Shown here: positions 46,838 to 61,559 of the stretch, in pieces | How the letters are laid out: each line of letters begins with the position of its first letter | How positions within the stretch are numbered: position 1 is the stretch's first letter | NCBI GenBank assembly: GCA_030704615.1 | Contig: CM060731.1 | Span: 72,664,001 to 72,728,000, forward strand | Length of the DNA: 64,000 nt | Source: Takakia lepidozioides | Taxonomy: Eukaryota; Plantae; Bryophyta | Reading direction: 5' to 3' | The notes under the pieces: model-generated | What the model was told of the DNA's origin: nothing | The model's input: only the letters and a program-made list of their open reading frames with translations | The model's database searches: none | Translations under genes and position numbers: made by a program

Positions 46838-47641
46838 CCTACTTTGAATTCTCTTGAGCTTGCAGATAAGGATGTGTGCAAAAAGAACATGCTACTGCCT
46901 GCAGCCCCAATTTCGGCCCGCTTGCTCCCGGTTTGACATGATAATGTTTGCTTATGACTTATCTTTTGCTGCTGCTGATGGAGCACTTTGGCCTGGCAGC
47001 TTTGTTTCAGGCAGCACTGCATATGAATCCTACCTTGTCTTGAGTCTTTGACAACTTTGCTTGTGGATTTTTAGACTTGGTTCCCTTTCTTTTTGGCATT
47101 AAAAGAGGATTGATGGTATAAGGAACAAGTCATAAATGGTTGTTTTGCTATAAGGATGAGGAGCCCTGAGTTTTGTTAAAGAAGACCGCATGATAAGGCA
47201 GTGACAGGCCGTTTTCAGACTTGGTTTTGTTGTGGAATGAAGCATAGTGAGGTTCTATTTGCAAAACATGGCATTAGCCTCCTGTGATACAATGACGGTA
47301 AGCTCTAAAGGACTCTGGCCAATGATTATTTACTCTATTTTGCCATTTGAACAGCCACCTGCATTGTTTGATTTATCTTGGCCAAGTGGGCTTGGTCTTG
47401 GACACTCAAAGTGTATATGTGTCCAGATCTGGATGTTGTGACAGGACAAACTTTTCTTCCATGCAAGAGTCATATGTGCACAGGTCCTGAATATTTACAA
47501 TGACAGACTATTCTTACATACCCATAAGGCTTTGCAAGATGCATGCTTTGGGATGCTTACATTTGGCCAAATGTGAAGCTGTAATATGGCTTACCTTGCC
47601 CAAGTAGTGTACTTGGTGGCAGGCCTGAAGTGTAATTAATT

Positions 47642-47747
47642 GCAGGTTGGTCCTTCCTGCTGCTGGTGTGAACACTCACTGAATGTGTTGCAAGGCAGGT
47701 TGGTCCTTCCTGCTGCTGGTGTGAACACTCACTGAATGTGTTGCAAG
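47642..47747. repeat. Perfect 53-bp tandem duplication
   Basis: gcaggttggtcc...gtgttgcaag occurs twice in tandem. Confidence 0.9.
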
Positions 47748-48966
47748 GCAGACTGTTCTTACCTACTTTGCATAATGCTTGTCTTGGATCATCTCAAGGT
47801 ACTTGTGTGTGCATATCTTGGATCTGTAATGTGGCAAGATACTCTTATATGCCCATGATATATTGCATGGTGCATATCTTATGGATAACTATGGATGATG
47901 TAATTTGAGGCTGCAATCTGACTTATATTGTGCATAAGGGTCACTTGGGTACATGACAGGAATCTGATTATGAACAAACCCCGCCCTCCCACCCTGTTTT
48001 ATCATGACTGGTGGCGTCACTTGGTGTGTTATGACAAGACTGGAAATGGTAGATGGTGCCCTGTCATGGTGCTGTTTATGTCTTTAATTGACAATGACCC
48101 TAGTTGGTCTTGTCCATGTCTTGACATGACATGAATATCTTCCCTCTCTCTTTTTAACTTTTTCTGCATAGGGGTCAACTCTGAGGTTAAGAAAACCATG
48201 CTTTGTGGCAGGGTATCATCCCCAGACTGTGGAAAAATGTTTGCTCGGTTGTCTGTATGTTGAGTGGAACTATGCAGCAATATGTGCCGGCATTGAAACA
48301 CTTTGCTGAAAAGGTCCCTTTGATTTCTCCTGTATACAAGGCCTGTGATATGGCCAGAATCAGCGGACTTTTAGTTCCTTCCACTGAATCCCAATAGGTA
48401 AGTATGTGGACCATCTACATCCGAGTCAAGAGAACCTCCAGAAACAATTGACTTGTTGATGTTGTCGTTGGGCAAGAGTATGAGGTGGTGGTCACAAGTG
48501 TCACAGGTAGGTTCTCTAGACCAGGCCATGCATACCTATGCAGGATCATTTGGTTTCTACCCTAACTGGGCATGAGTGTTTTGCTTGATGAAATTGATTA
48601 TGCTCTCTTCCATCCATTGGGGGACTGTTGAACGACAAAGTATTTCTTGGAAGGTGTGTTTTGTAAAGATGCAGAACTGGCAGGACATGGATCGAATAAG
48701 TAATTTGACTTCACATGAGTGGTCCTGCAAACAATACCTCTTTATAAGTATACTTGGCCATCTTAATTGTTGGTGGCTTCCCCAGGTCTAGATTGATATA
48801 AACTTGGGGATGTTCTTAGCATTAGGGGCTTCAGAAACGAAGTGCTAATCTTTGAACTCATTCAGAGAAAGAATGTGACTCTGAGCACCAGACAAAATGG
48901 ATGAAGAGGGTAAGAATGCGCATCACATCTGAATTTACATGTATGAAAAACAGTATACCTGATTTG

Positions 48967-50711
<1,745 letters not shown>

Positions 50712-51959
50712 CTTCAACCCTGCAAGCACCCAACCGGAGAAGGAAGGAAATGAAACGAGACGAGAGCACGAGCGAAGAATCACGCCCAGTAGGAAGTTTT
50801 CCAACCACTTTATCTAGGGCCTAACCCTAATCTGGAAGCATTCATCAGTAGGTGGGTTTCCTGGGTGCTTCTGACACCAATCATTCCCGTTAGGTTCCTT
50901 TCGCTCTCGAGTTTGTGACAGGCTATCGAGGCCAAGAAGAATCTGAATTTCGGACTGAACAGGCAAGCTCTTTGCCTTCCTATGATAGCAATGTCAAACT
51001 GTTGTAGCAATTAGTTCTAATCTGAAATGTCAGAGGTTGTCATTGAACTGATTCTGATGCTTACCACTCAGGGAACTCTTTCCAATTTATCCCCTTGGAT
51101 TGAGGTATCTGGAATGTTGAAAACTGTTTTGTCCTTTGGGACCTTTCTACCAAGTCACCCTGGTCAGGGGTGATATACATATTTCTGGTAGCTCCTGTAT
51201 TTTGCCTCCTTGGGATGCACTTTCTGAGTGTTAAATCCACGACTCTTTGTTTCACAAGCAGGCACAGGTGATGTAGCATCTGGGCCAAGACAGAGGTCAG
51301 CTGTTGTCTCTCCTTCAGTCCTGGAAAAGGGCTGTCAGGCTGTCTATTGCTACTTTGATCTGTTGTCTGCCTCCCTCATTTCTCTGAGCTTCATGAGAAT
51401 TTAGACGCCTGCTTTTGGTTGGTTCTTTCTCTCTGTCTGTGGTGCTGAGAGGGCATTTTCTCATGGTTGCAACGAGCCATTTTGTCAATAACACCGATTA
51501 GAAATCAAGATTACTTTATATTAACGTTCTTACAGTGTCGAAGTTCTTGTATCAAGCAAGCTGATTGATGATGCCTTACAGTTGAATCCAAATCTTTGCT
51601 GTGTTGCCATGTTAGTTGGAGAGCAGCTCTAAACTAGTGTTTAAGGGATGTCTTTACATCTCAGAGTAAGTCGCTCATGTTAGTCAAAATTTGTCTTTGT
51701 GGTGTCAATATCCAAACCCAGTTAAATGCAGAAAAGCCTTTCATCTGCCAAACAGCCTGTCTGCTGGTGAATGGTGGCACTTGGTACTTGGTCATAGAGG
51801 ATACTCCAAAGATGCCAATTCCAGCTCTTATTCAAGTTGAAATACAAATGTGGGTGCCTCACCTCTAAGCTGTAGGGGCGGCTTCCAAATTCCTCTGGCC
51901 AGGAGAAGCCTCAAGCTGTGACTCGGCATGGATGACACTGGCATTGCTTGATGGCAAAA

Positions 51960-52417
51960 GAAGAACATGTGTCTTGATTACCAGCTCCATGGCTAGCAAA
52001 ATCAATGCCAAACATTAGGAGCAAAGTGGTTGACATTGTTTGCATGCCTGACAATATTTGAGATGAACTTGGTGGCCGTGGGTCAGTCATTGCAATTCTT
52101 GATGACACAGATGGCTGCACCAGGGGGCATGCTAAGTAGCCCAAATGCAGCGGCCAGCTTCTCAGTGTTGCAGTCAACAGATAGTATTGCTACCCTCCAA
52201 ATGATGCATTACAATGTGTCAAACATGCACCAGCCTCCTTCATCCACACAGAACCGAGCTCAGATTCACAGATGCAGTTCGTGATCTACAATGAATGCAT
52301 GCACTCCATTCTCCATCTTTTCTCCCTGGCTTCAGCTTTCTCACACCCCTGCCCTCCATCATTTTACAATTGCATTATCCCCCCGTCTCCCTGCAGTATA
52401 TACATTATAGCCTGCTG
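51960..52417 (-). pseudogene. Degenerate E2/E+/DYW tail of the PPR gene at 52418-54769
   Basis: Remnants MKEAG, EKLAAAFGLLSMPPG and TATKFIS, with many indels. Confidence 0.75.
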
Positions 52418-54769
52418 TCAGTCACTCTGGAGAATACTTCCTGCTGCCCGTTCTGCTACTGCAACATCGCCATGAATTTGGCAGGCACTAAGCAAGGCCT
52501 TCCATATGCATGTATCAGCCATGATTTGCATTCTGTTGATAAGGCTCTCTGCTTCATCTAATCGCCCTGCACGACCAAGAAGGTCCACCATACAGCCAAA
52601 ATGCTCCACCGTAGGTATGAGGTTATGATCTCGACTCATGGAATTGAAGTAGTGATGGCCTTCATCCGCGAGGCCGACATGGCTGCATGCAGAGAGAAGA
52701 GACATAAAAGTGACACTGTTCGGCTTCAAACCTTCCTTGTGCATTTGTTCAAAGAGTTGCAGGGCTTCCCTACCAAACCCATGCTGAGCATATCCTGTGA
52801 TCATGGCATTCCATGAGATCACATCTTTTTGAGCCATACTGTCAAACACTCGACGTGCATCATTCATGCTTCCACACTTGGTGTACATGTCAACAAGTGA
52901 AGTCTCCAGGATGATATCAAGCACACTACTATTTTTGCTAATGTCAGCATGGACCTTCTTGCCCTTTTCCAGGGCTCCTAAACAGGCACATACATTAAGA
53001 ACACAAATGAATGTGACACTGTTAGGGGTCACCCCTTCTTGTTGCATTTGCTCATACATCTCGAAAACCTCCCTACCGAACCCATGCTGAGCATATCCTG
53101 TTATCATGGCAGTCCATGAGATCACATCTCGCTGAGCCATAGTATCAAACACTTGATGTGCATCCTTCATGCTCCCACATTTGGCATACATGCTGACAAG
53201 GGCAGTTTCCAAAGTAATATGTGATGTAATTCCAACATTTCTGATGTGAGTATGGACCTCTTTGCCCTTTTCCAGGGCTCCGAAGGTTCCACATGTATTG
53301 AGAATGCAAATAAATGTCACTCTGTTAGGCACCACCTCCTCCTGTTGCATCTGCTCATAAATCTCAAAAGCCTCCTTACCACACCCATGCTGATTATATC
53401 CGGTAATCATGCTATTCCATGAAACCACATCTCGTTCTGCCATTCTATCGAACATTTGACGTGCTTCCACTATGCTCCCGCATTTCGCATACATGTCTAT
53501 AAGGGCATTCTCCAAATTTATGTGTGATACAATTTCAGCTTTCATTATCTTAACATGGACCTCTCTGCCCTTTTCCACGGCTCCTAAGCTCGCACAGGCT
53601 CTGAGAATGCATATGAAGGTGACACTATTAGGGGGCACCCTGTCCTGTTGCATCTGCTCATACATCTCGATAGCCTCCTTACCAGACCCACGCTGAATAT
53701 ATCCTCCAATCATGGCATTCCATGAAACCACATCTCTTGTAGTCATATTATCGAACACTTTAAGTGCATCCTCTATGCTCCCACATTTGGCATACATGTC
53801 GACCAGTGTATTCTCTAAATTAATGTATGATACAATTCCAGCTTTGATAATTTCAACATGGAACTCTTTGCCCTTCTCCAAGGCTCGTAGTCTGGCACAA
53901 GCCTTGAGCATGCAAATGAAAGTGACAGGGTCAGGTGTCACCCCTTCCTGTCGCATTTGTTCAAAGATTTTGAATACTTCCCCACACCCATGTTCAACAT
54001 ATCCGGCGATCATGGCGTTCCATGAGACTACATTGCGCTTAGTCATTTTGTCAAACACTTGACACGCATCCTTTATGCTCCCACATTTGGCATACATGTC
54101 AACAAGGGTAGTCTCCATATATATATCTAATACAATTCCACTCTTGATAATGTCACGATGGACCCGCTTACCTTTGTCAAGGGCTCCTAGGCTGGCACAG
54201 GCATTGAGAATGCAAATGAATATGATCTTGACTGGCTTTGACCCCTCCCATTGCATTTGCTCATAGATTGTGAAAGCCTGTTGAGCATGCCCATGCTTTG
54301 CATATCCTGCCACCAGTGCTGCCCATGTAAATGTATCTCGTTCAGGCATTCTGTCAAACACTTTTCTTGCATCCACCATGCTCCCACACTTTCCATACAT
54401 GTTGATGATGCTGTTCACTAGAAAAATATTTGGCCTGAATCCACTTCGAATAATGTGGGCATGCACCTGCTGTCCCTGTCCCAGAGCTTTCGTTCTGATG
54501 CAGGCCTGCAAAAGATCAATATAAGTTTTGCAGTCGGCCTGAATGCCTGGTTGGTTCAATATCTGCAATGCGTCTTTCAAGCGTCCCTCCTTACATAGTG
54601 TCCTCACATTGCGACTGTCAGAGGAGTTTTTCTTGACTGCCTCTCTCAGCCCACTTTCACAAGCATTGGTGACGGTGAAGGTGCTACCTTTGCCAGAAGC
54701 CTGATAAGTCAAAATAAATTGTGCTGGATGCAACCCTGTCATCTTCCATGTCTCAGAGCTCGTAGTCAT
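52418..54769 (-). CDS. PLS-class PPR protein (783 aa), stops after E1
   Basis: Open PLS array; WKALLSACQIHGDV; close paralogue of 2991-5141 and 56857-59082. Confidence 0.92.
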   Translation of the reverse strand: MTTSSETWKMTGLHPAQFILTYQASGKGSTFTVTNACESGLREAVKKNSSDSRNVRTLCKEGRLKDALQILNQPGIQADCKTYIDLLQACIRTKALGQGQQVHAHIIRSGFRPNIFLVNSIINMYGKCGSMVDARKVFDRMPERDTFTWAALVAGYAKHGHAQQAFTIYEQMQWEGSKPVKIIFICILNACASLGALDKGKRVHRDIIKSGIVLDIYMETTLVDMYAKCGSIKDACQVFDKMTKRNVVSWNAMIAGYVEHGCGEVFKIFEQMRQEGVTPDPVTFICMLKACARLRALEKGKEFHVEIIKAGIVSYINLENTLVDMYAKCGSIEDALKVFDNMTTRDVVSWNAMIGGYIQRGSGKEAIEMYEQMQQDRVPPNSVTFICILRACASLGAVEKGREVHVKIMKAEIVSHINLENALIDMYAKCGSIVEARQMFDRMAERDVVSWNSMITGYNQHGCGKEAFEIYEQMQQEEVVPNRVTFICILNTCGTFGALEKGKEVHTHIRNVGITSHITLETALVSMYAKCGSMKDAHQVFDTMAQRDVISWTAMITGYAQHGFGREVFEMYEQMQQEGVTPNSVTFICVLNVCACLGALEKGKKVHADISKNSSVLDIILETSLVDMYTKCGSMNDARRVFDSMAQKDVISWNAMITGYAQHGFGREALQLFEQMHKEGLKPNSVTFMSLLSACSHVGLADEGHHYFNSMSRDHNLIPTVEHFGCMVDLLGRAGRLDEAESLINRMQIMADTCIWKALLSACQIHGDVAVAERAAGSILQSD

Positions 54770-56856
54770 GAACCTTCGAACTAAAACTCAAATGATACAT
54801 CTCAAACCTCCTAGATACTTCTGGCAAAGATCTCTTCATTTGACTTGAAATATACCCCCTCTTATTCTTGACATCAGAACCATTGACTGATTGGCCTGGA
54901 CCTTGTATAATGGCAGCTAATTCTACTTTCACCCAAGGATGGCTCTGAGTTCAAAGGACCTCCTCTGCTCACTTATGACTGAACTCTGGTGATATTGGAC
55001 TCTCCTGTGAAAACAAAAGTGTGCAGCTGAGCAGCCATAGGTTTAACCACAACCTCGCATAGAAGCTTGAATCACTAAAGCTCTAGAAATTTCTTCTTTA
55101 CCCATCTGTATTGTTGCTCGGTGGCCCCAGGCTGTGCATTGAGATGCGTTGTGAGTGACAGTGCAATCCCGGCCACATGTTCCATCTCCATCCACTGCAA
55201 ATGGCTTCTTGTGACTCTGCACTTGCAATATGGAATTTCTGGCTGGGTTTCCACACCTGACATTGAGATCTGCTCAAACTACACCATTGAGAATAATTGC
55301 ATAGACCATAGTCAGAATGAGCACATAATCTCCATGCCCTTGTCCATCACTCACTGTAACTTCGAATGCGCACCTCGATTGGCGGGTGCGTAACGGAAAT
55401 GCATACATCTCTTGGAAGTTTACACGAGGAGACGGCCTGGTGGGTGTTTCCCAACAGCGGGGTACCTTACAGGGACTATGCCGCACGGAGCTGCCCATGC
55501 AACTCTCTCTCTCTCCCTCTCTCTCTCCATGAAGGGACACCAGAGATATATGAAGATTCATCAGATGTTTCAACGCATATAGATGGAGCTAATGGAGGAT
55601 AAGCGAGTCGATCACATTCACGTTCCTCTGAATTGCTTCGACCGAAATTGGCTGACTTTCGGCTATTATGGGCCCAGGATCATTTGGACTCTGGATTGGT
55701 AAAATACAATTTAGATCCCTAGAAATTTGAACAAAGAGACTGTGTTTCTGATTGCTGCCCTTTATCTCATCTACATCTTTCTCTCGGTTTGGCCGAAAGC
55801 TCCACACTCCTACTGGCTCTCATTGACCGTGCATTACGCTGGTTTGGCAAAGGGCGTTGGCGACAGTGAAAGGAGGGTAATAGCAGAGCTCCAAAGAGCA
55901 AGAGAGGTTACTTGACAGTTTGAATTGTCCTCGATAGACTAGGGGAATTCGAAGTTTAAAAATTCAGAGGTGTCTCCTGGCTTCAGTCTATTTGTAAGTT
56001 TAGTATGTGCACGAGGAAGAGAATACTAACCCATAGTAGCTTGCATGGAAGTCATTCAAAGCGACAGTAGCAGTCCTCAGTACTGAGTGAGGCAGCCGAA
56101 AGGTGGCAAAGGTCTCATAATATGCAGTTCTTTGCAACGCAGGTGAAGCAATGAGCCTAGGACAGCTCTGGCATGAATCCTTCTCATATCCTTCTCTGTG
56201 GTGGGACAGCAGGCTTGAGAAGGTGAGGCTATATCCAGAGTCCAATTAGGACAGGAAACAGGGGATTGTGACCTAGCTGGCATGATGATCTTTGGGGACT
56301 AGATTGTATCTCCAGTTCTAATCACAATTTCTAATCACAATTTCTCTCTGTGTCTTGGAAACAAAGCAAAAGTAATCTTGCTGTTGCTATCAAGAGGTTA
56401 CTTACTGCTCCTTGTCTACAGGCCATGAATGTAGATTATTCAAGGTTGTTCCCTGTCAATTGAAAGATGTTCAACACTAATTTGGATGGAGATTGGTCTG
56501 TGGCTGCCCCAGGTTGAAACTGCCCACTTGTGTTTATCAAAGAAAAGTTCAAGATCACCAGACTTCAGACATAAGCACACACAGGAGGTCCTTTGGTTTG
56601 AGAGTTGGTCAAACTGTCCTTGGGTAGAAGCAGACCTAGCTGCCATCAGCCAAGGTGGAGCACAATCTGAAGCTGCTTCTAAAGTTGATGCAGACCATGG
56701 AGCTTCACCCAAAGAATACAGCAGGTATTGTTTTGGTGATTATTCCAGCATCTCAAATCAGTAAACATTCCTCAGGGAGATGTTTTGCTACACTAGGAGC
56801 TTTGGGATCTCATATGTGGGTTTTCTTGTGAAGGTGGCAGGGATGAATTAGGCACA

Positions 56857-59082
56857 GTGTTCGTTAGCCCTCAGACATGCAGCTGGCATAGCAGCTTCAC
56901 ACCCACCACTGCTCTTGACAGTGGATTGCCAGAGGGGTTCAACAAGAATTCTTCTGGCATTTGTCGGGATGTGTGGATACTGTGTAAGGCAGGACGACTG
57001 AAAGAGGCGCTGCACATTTTGAACCATCAGGACGTTCGGGCAGACTCCAATGTTTATGTCTGTCTCTTGCAGCAGTGCATCAATATGAAATGCCTACCAG
57101 AAGGAAAGCAGGTGCATGCCCACATTATCCAAAGTGGATTCAAGCCAAATATCTTCCTTCTCAACACTCTCATCAACATGTATGCCAAGTGTGGGAGCGT
57201 GATGGATGCACGACAAGTGTTTGACAAAATGCCTGCACGAAATCTGTTTACATGGACTATAATGATAGCAGGGTATGCCAGATGTGGATGTGGTAGGGAG
57301 GCTTTTGAGATCTATGAGCAAATGATATGGGAAGGGCAGACACCAGACAAGGTCACATTCATTTGCGTTCTAAATGCGTGTGCCAGTCTAGGATCACTGC
57401 AACAGGGCAAAGAGGTCCATTACAACATCATCAAAGCTGGAATCATGAACGATATAATTTTGGATACTGCCCTTATTGATCTGTATGCAAAATGTGGGAG
57501 CATGAAGGATGCACACGAAGTGTTTGATGGTATGCCTAAACGAAGTGTGGTTTCATGGAGTGCAATGATCACAGGATATGCTCAGCATGGGTGCGGGATG
57601 GAGTGTTTGAAGATCTATGAGCAGATGCAAAGAGAAGGGGTGACGCCCAACAGGGTCACGTTCATTTCTGTTCTGAATGCATGTGCAGGCATAGGAGCAC
57701 TGGAAAAGGGTAAAGAGGTCCATGCAGACATCATCAAAGTTGGGATTGCACCATACATAAGTTTGGAGACTTCCCTTGCTGACATGTATGCTAAATGTGG
57801 GAGTCTGAAGGATGCTCGTCAAGTGTTCGACAATATGGCTCAACGAGATGTGGTCTCATGGAATGCCATGATTTCAGGATATGCTCGGCAGGGGTGTGGT
57901 AAGGAGGCTTTGAAGATGTATGAGCAAATGCAATTGGAACAAGTGAAGCCCAACAAGGTCACATTCATTTGCATTCTCACTGCTTGTGCCACTTTAGGAG
58001 CCCTCGAAAAGGGCAAAGAGATCCATGCTGATACTATCAAAACTGGAATTGTATCAGATACTATTTTGGAGACTACCCTTGTTGACATGTATGCCAAATG
58101 TGGGAGCATAAAGGAGGCCTGTCAAGTGTTTGTCAATATGGCTGAACGAAATGTGGTCTCATGGAATGCCATGATTGCAGGATATGCCAGATGTGGGTGT
58201 GGTATGGAGGCTTTCAAGACCTATGCTCAAATGCGACAGGAAAAAGTTCCTCCTGACAGAATCACATTCATTTGTGCTCTGAATGCTTGTGCTAACTTAG
58301 GAGCCTTGGAAAAGGGCAGGAAGGTCCATGCTGACATGATCAAAGCTGGGATTTCCTCAAATATCAATTTGGAGAATACCCTTGTCAATATGTATGCTAA
58401 CTGTGGAAGCATGAAGGATGCCCATCAAGTCTTTGACTATATGTTTGAAAGAGATGTAGTTTCATGGAACTCTATGATTGCAGGATGTGCCCAACATGGG
58501 TCTGGTAGGGAGGCCCTCCAACTATTTGAACAAATGCAACATGAAGGCATTAGCCCTGATAGTATCACCTTTACATCTCTTCTCTCTGCTTGTAGCCGTG
58601 TGGGTCTAGTGGATGAAGGTTCTCACTACTTTGATTCCATGAGTCAAGCTCATGGCCTGACTCCCACAGGTGAACATTTTGGCTGCATGGTGGATCTTCT
58701 TGGTCGGTCAGGCCAATTGGATGAAGCAAAGGAATTCATCAACAAAATGCCAATTGAACCGGGTGCGTTGGTGTGGAGGGCTTTGCTTGGCTCCTGCAGA
58801 ATTCATGGAAAAGTAGAACAAGCACAATGTGTCGCAGAAAACATCATAATGAAGGATCCAGAGCATGCTGCAGCTTATGTGCTGCCATCAAACATCTATG
58901 CTGCTGCTGGCAGGTGGGATGATCAAGCAAAGATGACAAGATTGATGGAGGACAGATGTGTCAAAAAAGAACCAGGGCGCAATTCCATTGACGTTTATGA
59001 CCAGGTGCATACTTTTGTTTTGGAAGACCAGCCACATCCACAAATACAAGAAATCCATGCTCAACTGAGGAGATTTGAGTAA
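56857..59082 (+). CDS. PLS-E(+) PPR protein (741 aa)
   Basis: Open PLS array, E1/E2, KKEPGRNSIDV, PHPQ; the frame ends early in the DYW domain. Confidence 0.92.
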   Translation: MFVSPQTCSWHSSFTPTTALDSGLPEGFNKNSSGICRDVWILCKAGRLKEALHILNHQDVRADSNVYVCLLQQCINMKCLPEGKQVHAHIIQSGFKPNIFLLNTLINMYAKCGSVMDARQVFDKMPARNLFTWTIMIAGYARCGCGREAFEIYEQMIWEGQTPDKVTFICVLNACASLGSLQQGKEVHYNIIKAGIMNDIILDTALIDLYAKCGSMKDAHEVFDGMPKRSVVSWSAMITGYAQHGCGMECLKIYEQMQREGVTPNRVTFISVLNACAGIGALEKGKEVHADIIKVGIAPYISLETSLADMYAKCGSLKDARQVFDNMAQRDVVSWNAMISGYARQGCGKEALKMYEQMQLEQVKPNKVTFICILTACATLGALEKGKEIHADTIKTGIVSDTILETTLVDMYAKCGSIKEACQVFVNMAERNVVSWNAMIAGYARCGCGMEAFKTYAQMRQEKVPPDRITFICALNACANLGALEKGRKVHADMIKAGISSNINLENTLVNMYANCGSMKDAHQVFDYMFERDVVSWNSMIAGCAQHGSGREALQLFEQMQHEGISPDSITFTSLLSACSRVGLVDEGSHYFDSMSQAHGLTPTGEHFGCMVDLLGRSGQLDEAKEFINKMPIEPGALVWRALLGSCRIHGKVEQAQCVAENIIMKDPEHAAAYVLPSNIYAAAGRWDDQAKMTRLMEDRCVKKEPGRNSIDVYDQVHTFVLEDQPHPQIQEIHAQLRRFE

Positions 59083-59374
59083 GCAAATGAAGGAGGCTGA
59101 TTACATGGCAGACACACAGTTTGTACTGCATGATGTAGAGGAGCAAAAGGAAAATCTCACTTTGCCACCAGAATGAGAAGCTGGCCATTGCTTTTGGGCT
59201 CATCAGCATGCCCCTTGGGACACCTATCCACATCATCAACAACCTTCAGATCGTGGTGAGTGCCACACAGCAACAAAATTCATCTCAAGATTGTTGGACG
59301 AGCAGTTTTTGTACAGGATTTGAACTGCTTTCACCACCCAGGGTGGGGTTTTTATTTGTGGAGATTACTCGTGA
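59083..59374 (+). pseudogene. Frameshifted DYW domain of the preceding PPR gene
   Basis: MKEADY..DTQFVLHDVEE; CHQNEKLAIAFGLI; ECHTATKFIS; terminal CGDYS-stop at 59357-59374. Confidence 0.82.
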
Positions 59375-61559
59375 AACAAGCAATATGTATGAAAGAAAGT
59401 TTGTTGCTTCAAAATTGAGGCTGGAAAGGTGATTGTTCTCTTCCAATTGAAGCAGGGATTGAGGATTGGATTTGAAGTCAGATGGTAGGAAATTGCAAAA
59501 ACACCTGCAATCTCCTACCATGCACATTTATATGCACATATGTGTAGACTGGGCAAAGATTACAGGTGAAAGAGCAGGCTTATCTCATTGAATGCAACAG
59601 TGAGTACCTCTAGTGATGTAAGATTTGCTGAATTTTGAAATGGATACACATTCTCCACAGAAAACCATGTATGGCACAGAATTTTCCCAAATGAGGTTCA
59701 TGTGTAAGGACATTGATTGGATGCTTAGACTCTTGTCTCAAAATTAGGCTACCAGTGTGTGTCTCTCTCACTCTTTGCAGTCTCCCTTCACCCTAAAAGT
59801 TCCTGGCCACCAGTTTGTTGGATCTTTGCTGCCTTATTCTGAATATTATTTGGGCAATGGTCCTGCAGACTAGGGCCCCTGTCAGGGGATGGCAGCTGAG
59901 AAAAATTGAGAAATGGGCAAGCAGCACTCGTCTCTTTTGGCACTATTACTTAGTCAGGACAAATCTGGGAAACATTATAAATTACCTTTATGATGTTGTT
60001 CTGAACTTACATTGAGTATCTACGTTTTCTGTTTTGATGGGTCCATCAAATGGCCCTCAGGTTGACCCTGGTTAGTTGCACCTTCCCTTCAAGCGGGACG
60101 CTGAGGAGGCCGAGGAACGATGGGATGACCCATGGCTCTCTGCTCTTCGGATTGTAGTCTGCTCATCGTGGGCTTCTCTCTGAAGATCACCACGCAACAT
60201 TGGCTCCCATGTTTCTACAATTGAACTCAAAACGTGTAATCTTGTGACGTGATTGTGCTGAAGGCCTACTGTGGTCCAGAAGGTCAGGGAGACTGGAAGT
60301 GAATCTTGTACTTCCTTGCAAAGCCTTGGTGACAGAATCGTATGTGGAAAGCAGCGGAGGCCAAAATGTGGGACACTTAACTCACACATTTAACTCACTT
60401 ATCAACTTGGAAGGCCACATAGAAACCTGTCTAGCAAGGTTTAAGGGATATGAATGGTGCACTTCAGGGGAAAGTCTCGGGTGAATTTGGAGCCCCTTTC
60501 ATACACAAACCCTGGTGCTACAGGGAGCTTTTCAAAGACAGAGGTCTCAATAAAGTGCCACCTGGAGACAATCTGTACTGTGCTCGATGATAGAGGGCAG
60601 CCTGCCAAGCTCACCAGGTCATTGCACCCCCTGCATGCAAATACCAAAAAAATATGGGTCATCAGAAACTCACATCTCGTGCCATTGCAAGTGTGCCAAA
60701 TGCATTGAATGGCAGTTTTGTCCGAGCTTTATACCGACCCAGTTCCTGTCAGGAAACCACAGGCCCAATTCACAGTTTGTGAAGTAGCATGGATATTTTG
60801 TTGCAACTTGCAGTTCTCGGGAAATAAAACCTCTCCCCTTGATTGTCTCCACCTAGTTACGTTGCATGGCAATGCCTTCAAAATTCTAGCAATCTTGGCT
60901 TTGCTTGAAATTAAACGTAGGGGACAATAGCCCAGCAACACAAGGACAAATGGATCCATATCTGTCCACCAACTGGAAATACGAGTCAAGCAAACAGAAG
61001 CAGAACATACACATACAGTCGTCTGAACTGGTGCCTTGACTGGGATTGATCAAATCGATGCACATTCCACCACTTAAGAAAGCTGGAAATTCCTCTTCCC
61101 CTTCCTATTAGTCCATCAAATCAGGTAGAGGTCCCAACAAGCCTCCATACCTCTCACATGCACACTTTCAAATAAATAATTCCACCTCCTGCTTTCTCAA
61201 AGTGATGACTTGCCGCACAGCCAGAATACTTACCTCCAATGTAGCACCATAAATGGGCTCCTTGTCACCGTCAACCATTATCTCTAGTGGAATGGTCCGG
61301 AGGTTGCCAGTGCTGGGGTCCACGAACCCCTCAGCTGGAGCATCAGGGTCTCCTGTCTGTACTAAAAAGCCATCAGCATCAATTTCAACCATGGCACCGT
61401 TGACCAATTTTAACACAAATGCAGAAGGACCTGAGATCAGCATTGGCACCTACTGTGTTCAGGTTGAGAATGCTGTCTTTATGGGATCACAGAAGAGCAT
61501 TGGCAAAGGCCAATTTGGTTTTATCTGAGCACAGGTACTTTTCCTCAACACTATGGGAA

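Noticed and set aside
47642-47747. 53-bp tandem duplication as a functional element
   Set aside because: Only two units in non-coding DNA; most simply a recent slippage duplication.
60072-61530. Possible inverted retroelement pol remnants
   Set aside because: Only faint motif hints; too degenerate to call.
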